In this document: one piece after another, positions 46,321 to 50,298 of the stretch
Layout: each line of letters opens with the position of its first letter
Numbering within the stretch: the first letter of the stretch is position 1
Sequence record: NC_041873.1
Length of the DNA: 50,298 bases
Origin: Escherichia phage JMPW2
Direction: 5' to 3' (one strand)
Notes under the pieces: generated by a model
Database searches by the model: none
What the model was told of the DNA's origin: nothing
The model's input: the letters and a program-made list of their open reading frames with translations, nothing else
Translations under genes and position numbers: made by a program

Positions 46321-46859
46321 CACAATAAACTCCTTAGTTGACGGCGTGAATGATACACCGTCAATGGTACACGCGTTTTGCAAAAAGTGCTATTCGATCC
46401 GTGATTCTCATGAAAACCGTATAGCCTTTCCGCTTCCTTCCTTGCTTTAGCCGCTGCATCCAGCGTCATGAAGGTCCCTAAGTGTTTTGTCTTTTTATTT
46501 ATGGTTATGTTTGCCGTGTATCTATTTGTTTTTTTATTCCAATACACTCCCATAACTCCTGTGTTTGATGACACTACTCCCTTGTTTCTTAGGTTGTCTT
46601 GCCTAGTTACTAGCCTGAGATTCTCAATTCTGTTATCGTCTCTTTCATGGTTTATGTGGTCTACATCCATTCCTTCTGGTATGTTTCCGTAGTGTATTTT
46701 CCATACTATTCGATGGGCGTATTCAAATACACCTCCTGGAAAACATATTGACCGATAACCTTTTTTATTAACAGTTCCGGCAAGTAGATTTCGTCTTCTT
46801 CCGATTCTCCACTCTTTCCAGTACAGTCTCCCGCTAACGTATTTCAGTTCATCTTTCAT
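46320..46859 (-). CDS. HNH homing endonuclease with AP2-like domain
   Basis: DVDHINHERDDNRIENLRLVTRQDN plus SNTGVMGVYWNKKTNRYTA; third paralog. Confidence 0.75.
   Translation of the reverse strand: MKDELKYVSGRLYWKEWRIGRRRNLLAGTVNKKGYRSICFPGGVFEYAHRIVWKIHYGNIPEGMDVDHINHERDDNRIENLRLVTRQDNLRNKGVVSSNTGVMGVYWNKKTNRYTANITINKKTKHLGTFMTLDAAAKARKEAERLYGFHENHGSNSTFCKTRVPLTVYHSRRQLRSLL
46339..46393 (-). promoter_or_regulatory. palindromic box plus stem-loop (minus strand)
   Basis: Minus-strand atagcactttttgcaaaac, hairpin gacggtg...cgccgtc with TGTATCAT, SD taaggag. Confidence 0.55.
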
Positions 46860-47272
46860 AAGTATTTACTCTCAAAGGTTGTGCCGTCTGCGATACTAAA
46901 ACCAACCTCTTCGCGGAATAAGGTCCAGCGGCAACCGTCCTCATCAAAGATGTAACCAGCTACGCCTCCAAGAGCGCGACCGCTTTCTACCTGGTAACGC
47001 TTTCCAACCTTGAATGATTTTTTCATTGGGTTGCGATGGTCAAGTCCGGTGCACTTGAGCGTCTTTGTTTTCAACTCGGTGAACTTCGCGAAGAAGATTT
47101 CATCAGATCCGTGAATATGTAATTCATCATGCTTTTCAAGTTTTAAATACTTCCCGCATTTTAACTTTACTTCACGAGTATCATCATAGCGCTCACGACC
47201 TTTATACAGATTGTTTACTTCGAATCCTGTGATTTTGTCTGCTGAAGTGCATTTAAGTTTAATGGTTTTCAT
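46856..47272 (-). CDS. small-beta-domain family protein (two repeats)
   Basis: KLKCTSADKITGFEVNNLYKG and KTLKCTGLDHRNPMKKSFKVGKRYQV repeats. Confidence 0.5.
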   Translation of the reverse strand: MKTIKLKCTSADKITGFEVNNLYKGRERYDDTREVKLKCGKYLKLEKHDELHIHGSDEIFFAKFTELKTKTLKCTGLDHRNPMKKSFKVGKRYQVESGRALGGVAGYIFDEDGCRWTLFREEVGFSIADGTTFESKYL

Positions 47273-47302
47273 TGCGTTCGCTCCTGATTGGTTATCTTGA
47301 AT

Positions 47303-47352
47303 AAGGTCACTTTATCAAATGACCTTACGGCAATATTAACAAATCGTGCTAT
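47303..47352 (-). promoter_or_regulatory. palindromic box plus stem-loop (minus strand)
   Basis: Minus-strand atagcacgatttgttaa, hairpin aaggtca...tgacctt with TGaTAAAGT, ACCAATCAGGAG leader. Confidence 0.55.
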
Positions 47353-47562
47353 TTACCAGGGAATATAATCATCAATGTCCTCATTGATATCATCACCAGG
47401 TAACTTAAAGTTAGGATCATATTCGCTTTCAGCATCAATATCCATATCACCAATAGCCTCATCAAGTGTTATTTCTTTATATGCGACCTTGATGCACCAC
47501 TCGGCACTAAGCCCGACATCAAGTGCTGCAAAATAACGAGTCCAGAAATTATCTTGTTCCAT
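47353..47562 (-). CDS. hypothetical highly acidic small protein
   Basis: Track ORF; many D/E residues. Confidence 0.5.
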   Translation of the reverse strand: MEQDNFWTRYFAALDVGLSAEWCIKVAYKEITLDEAIGDMDIDAESEYDPNFKLPGDDINEDIDDYIPW

Positions 47563-47565
47563 TAA

Positions 47566-47790
47566 TTAGCTCCACGAATTAATGTAAATCGAGTTAGCCT
47601 CAAGCGTTGCACGAACGTCCGCATCTGTTGCATTTATCAGTCGAGAGCCTGGCACGCTTCCGATAACACTATTTCCGTTACGTGTCTTAGTTACCGTCAT
47701 TGAAATAAAGCCTGAAGACTTATCCATTTTCACAACTACACGGCCTTTTGCGTTCAAGTGCTTGATGATATTCTCAACTTTAATGCTCAT
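47566..47790 (-). CDS. hypothetical protein
   Basis: Track ORF; module and SD upstream on minus strand. Confidence 0.5.
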   Translation of the reverse strand: MSIKVENIIKHLNAKGRVVVKMDKSSGFISMTVTKTRNGNSVIGSVPGSRLINATDADVRATLEANSIYINSWS

Positions 47791-47816
47791 TTTAATTCCT
47801 TTGTTTCGTTTGGTGT

Positions 47817-47867
47817 GGGAGTAATATACCTCACTCCCTGGTGTGTGTCTTTAGCAATTTGTGCTAT
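47817..47867 (-). promoter_or_regulatory. palindromic box plus stem-loop (minus strand)
   Basis: Minus-strand atagcacaaattgctaaag, hairpin gggagt...actccc with TATATT. Confidence 0.55.
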
Positions 47868-47878
47868 CAGTACTCAGA

Positions 47879-48010
47879 AATTACTTTGCACTCTTTGATT
47901 GTTCCTCCTAGCACTGATTTCTGCATCATTGCTTTTTGGCGACTATCGTAAACGCGAACATTTTTTACGCTATTAAACTTGCCTGTATAAAAGGTGTGAA
48001 CATAAATCAT
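47879..48010 (-). CDS. hypothetical small protein (43 aa)
   Basis: Hand-translated MIYVHTFYTGKFNSVKNVRVYDSRQKAMMQKSVLGGTIKECKV; below track cutoff. Confidence 0.3.
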
Positions 48011-48327
48011 TTTTTACCGTCCCATGTTTGATATGCCGTAACCAGGTTAATGCTATGGTCGAACTCGTCAACGCTAAGCGATCCAATTCGAACAAGCTCC
48101 TTGTTGTGCTTAATGTCAATCATCAGGCTGTATGGATGACCTGGCACGTATTTAAATAGACGCTTGCTGTCGGCAATGTCTGCGTTGATTCCGTAGAATC
48201 GGCCTACTGCCGCCTTAACGCGCTCCATGATGTTTTTTTCGTGGATTGCCGCCGCGTTATTCAGTGCCGCAACCGTGCTTCCGTTAATCTTCGGTGACTT
48301 CGTTGTGATTTTGTAAGTGTGGTTCAT
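48007..48327 (-). CDS. hypothetical protein
   Basis: Internal ATG (MNHTYK) of track ORF 48007..48393 with SD ggggg. Confidence 0.5.
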   Translation of the reverse strand: MNHTYKITTKSPKINGSTVAALNNAAAIHEKNIMERVKAAVGRFYGINADIADSKRLFKYVPGHPYSLMIDIKHNKELVRIGSLSVDEFDHSINLVTAYQTWDGKK

Positions 48328-48343
48328 TATTCCCCCTAACCAG

Positions 48344-48544
48344 TCAGGATAGCTTTCGAGCTTCATCAACGATAACAGGCTCAAGGCGTTCAAGTCGAAC
48401 GCGGAACGTGTTCATAAATCCATCGTTATTCTTCAATAACTCGAAAGCGTCCGTAGCTTCAATGGCGCTACTACCCATGTAAGAGATCACGCGCTTCTGT
48501 GTCTTTCGTGAGATCGCCACCACTCGGTAAATGTTATCGCTCAT
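48344..48544 (-). CDS. hypothetical protein
   Basis: Internal ATG (MSDNIYR) of track ORF 48344..48628. Confidence 0.45.
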   Translation of the reverse strand: MSDNIYRVVAISRKTQKRVISYMGSSAIEATDAFELLKNNDGFMNTFRVRLERLEPVIVDEARKLS

Positions 48545-48905
48545 ACAATGCCTCCTTAACACGGTCCGCAATGCAGGAGTTGACGGTGATTGAATAGTTA
48601 GCCACGCCCCACAATGCGACGTTTCCAAGCTCGGTACGCATAGATGGGTTATTTAGCTGGATGATTGTCTCGCCAGTATCGTTATCGACGAAACGAGATG
48701 CGCCAGAACGGTCCACCACGCGCGTTACGCGGTTAACACACTCCATTGCATCACTTACACCGTAATAAGAGCTTAGAGCGGCTCTCACGGCTTTCTCTTG
48801 CTTGTTGTAAATCTTTCGCGCGATGTTCTCGATCGCAACGCGCTCTTTTTCGTCAGTCTGTATTGCCGTGCTTGCTGAGAAGTCCAGGTCAGTGAGCTGC
48901 TTAAA
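48534..48905 (-). CDS. hypothetical protein
   Basis: Internal ATG (MFKQLT) with SD acgaggaaag; module upstream. Confidence 0.5.
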   Translation of the reverse strand, partial: FKQLTDLDFSASTAIQTDEKERVAIENIARKIYNKQEKAVRAALSSYYGVSDAMECVNRVTRVVDRSGASRFVDNDTGETIIQLNNPSMRTELGNVALWGVANYSITVNSCIADRVKEALYER

Positions 48906-48930
48906 CATGATTCTTTCCTCGTTTGCTGTT

Positions 48931-48982
48931 GATGTGATGACTATACCAGCCACCCCGGGTGCGCGCTTAACAAAAGTGCTAT
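48931..48982 (-). promoter_or_regulatory. palindromic box plus -10-like element (minus strand)
   Basis: Minus-strand atagcacttttgttaa then TGgTATAGT. Confidence 0.5.
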
Positions 48983-49168
48983 TTAGAATTTTACATCTTC
49001 AACAAGCTCGACAAATTTGTACCCCAGGCGATAGGAGTCGCCGAACAACAATAACCCCATAAATTCATCTTTGGTTATCGACTCCTTACCAACTGTTCTA
49101 AGCTCTCCGTTGTGAATAACAGTATCGCCGATCTTGATTTCTGATTTATGCACTAATTTCGTTTTCAT
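48983..49168 (-). CDS. hypothetical small protein
   Basis: Track ORF; weak RBS. Confidence 0.4.
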   Translation of the reverse strand: MKTKLVHKSEIKIGDTVIHNGELRTVGKESITKDEFMGLLLFGDSYRLGYKFVELVEDVKF

Positions 49169-49183
49169 TTGTTAGCCAGTTAA

Positions 49184-49369
49184 TTAAAAGAATGCTACAT
49201 AGTTTGCAATGCCTTTTGCGTCGTCGTTAGGCATCGCATTGACAGCCGGGTCGTAACCCGCTTCTACCTTCTGCTTTGCAGATTCTTCGTTGTATCCCCA
49301 AATAACCAGGATTTTAACTACGTTTTCTTTGTTCAGGACTTTAAGGTCTTTAGTGATGCGACGTGCCAT
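49184..49369 (-). CDS. hypothetical small protein
   Basis: Internal ATG (MARRITK) with SD gaggaaaaa; module upstream. Confidence 0.45.
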   Translation of the reverse strand: MARRITKDLKVLNKENVVKILVIWGYNEESAKQKVEAGYDPAVNAMPNDDAKGIANYVAFF

Positions 49370-49390
49370 TTTGTTTTTCCTCAATCTCGT

Positions 49391-49446
49391 TTCGATGAGG
49401 TAATTATGCCAAATCACGCAGATCGAGTTTTAACAAAAAATGCTAT
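49391..49446 (-). promoter_or_regulatory. palindromic box plus stem-loop (minus strand)
   Basis: Minus-strand atagcattttttgttaaaac then gatttggcataattacctcatcg. Confidence 0.5.
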
Positions 49447-49447
49447 T

Positions 49448-50134
49448 TTAGATAGCTTTAAAAAATCCCCTGGGTGATAGAGATCGTATCAGCTTCGTTT
49501 TGGCAGACTTGCCGCCCAGCTTGTTTTGCTGTGCAGAGTACCCGTCAGGCAGGCTTACAGGTTTTCTCTCGGGCATGACAAAATCGTCAGAGGTCCACAG
49601 ACAAGTTTTCTTCGGGTAAGCATCGCGCGGCGCAATATACATCGGGAACCAGGGGTGCGCGTCATCCTCAGGAAGATAGCCGCCGTACTCCCAGGGATTG
49701 AAGGAGTGATTTGGTTTTCTCCACGCAGACGACAGGACGCTCACCGGATTCTCAATGATGTAAGTCACACCAAGCTCCTTACCAATGTTCGCAGCTATCC
49801 GAGCGGTGGCAACAGCCTTCTCCTGGAATAACGGATCACGTTCACGCTTACTGGCAAAGTGACGAGCACCACTAACAGCCAGGTCAGTGCATGGAGGGAA
49901 AGCCATAATAAAATCCGGCTTGCCATACACACCCGCGATCGCGTCACGTTCGAACTTCTCATCAATAAAGACGTTCACATACTCAATGTTCGGATGCTCC
50001 ACCCTGGCGTTGTACTTTGCATAATCTCCGTGATCGGCCCCGTCAAAGTTGAAGCACATCACCTTATGACCTTGCTTTGCCAGTTCATGACCAGCAAGAC
50101 CGGAACCGTCGAATAGTGACCAAATTAACTTCAT
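49448..50134 (-). CDS. C5-cytosine DNA methyltransferase (Dcm-like)
   Basis: Motif I LFDGSG, motif IV FPPCTDLAVSG, ENP(V)-type motif YIIENPVS; conserved leader upstream. Confidence 0.7.
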   Translation of the reverse strand: MKLIWSLFDGSGLAGHELAKQGHKVMCFNFDGADHGDYAKYNARVEHPNIEYVNVFIDEKFERDAIAGVYGKPDFIMAFPPCTDLAVSGARHFASKRERDPLFQEKAVATARIAANIGKELGVTYIIENPVSVLSSAWRKPNHSFNPWEYGGYLPEDDAHPWFPMYIAPRDAYPKKTCLWTSDDFVMPERKPVSLPDGYSAQQNKLGGKSAKTKLIRSLSPRGFFKAI

Positions 50135-50152
50135 TGCTGCTTCCTCTTCTGA

Positions 50153-50213
50153 TTGGTTGATGGCCAGAACCATACCCCGACAACCTGATCGAGTCGTTAG
50201 CAAAAAATGCTAT
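50153..50213 (-). promoter_or_regulatory. palindromic box plus leader upstream of dcm-like gene
   Basis: Minus-strand atagcattttttgctaac then CAACCAATCAGAAGAGGAAG and ATG 50134. Confidence 0.5.
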
Positions 50214-50298
50214 TCCAATAATTGCTCATTATTCCATCAATATCGGAATAGGTGGAATAATTCTGATTGCGATTGATTGCAAATGATGAAACGTGATT

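Noticed and set aside
1-50298. tRNA genes, CRISPR arrays, integrase or repressor (lysogeny module)
   Set aside because: No cloverleaf-like conserved tRNA features, no spaced direct-repeat arrays, and no recombinase-like ORF were seen by eye; a tRNA scan was not run, so absence is not proven.

Overview
The window reads as a complete or near-complete ~50 kb genome of a virulent T1-like (Drexlerviridae-type) enterobacterial siphovirus. Functional calls come from motifs read by eye; no database search was run. Layout: a rightward block of small early genes (537..9270) including an HNH endonuclease flanked by a HAD phosphatase and a P-loop kinase; a rightward late block (9355..30458) with terminase, portal, capsid, a tail-chaperone pair joined by a -1 frameshift, tape measure, lambda-like M/L/K/I/J tail-tip genes; a Cor-like lipoprotein; an AT-rich iteron-like region (30774..31235); a recombination/replication module (exonuclease, Erf, SSB, opposite-strand tail fibre, primase, HTH protein, helicase, VRR-NUC, Dam, metallophosphatase, HNH); a lysis cassette (holin, SAR endolysin, u-spanin); and a leftward early block (44228..50134) ending in a Dcm-like methyltransferase. 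The most striking sequence-level signal is a ~26-copy intergenic module: a palindromic box TAGCA-N5-TG(C/T)TA, often overlapping the upstream stop codon, followed by a covarying stem-loop with an extended -10-like loop and a conserved RBS. Several genes carry apparent inactivating lesions: a perfect 50-bp tandem duplication frameshifting the exonuclease, an in-frame TGA in dam, and in-frame TAG and TAA stops shortly after two well-signalled start codons. No tRNA, CRISPR array, integrase or repressor was recognised.
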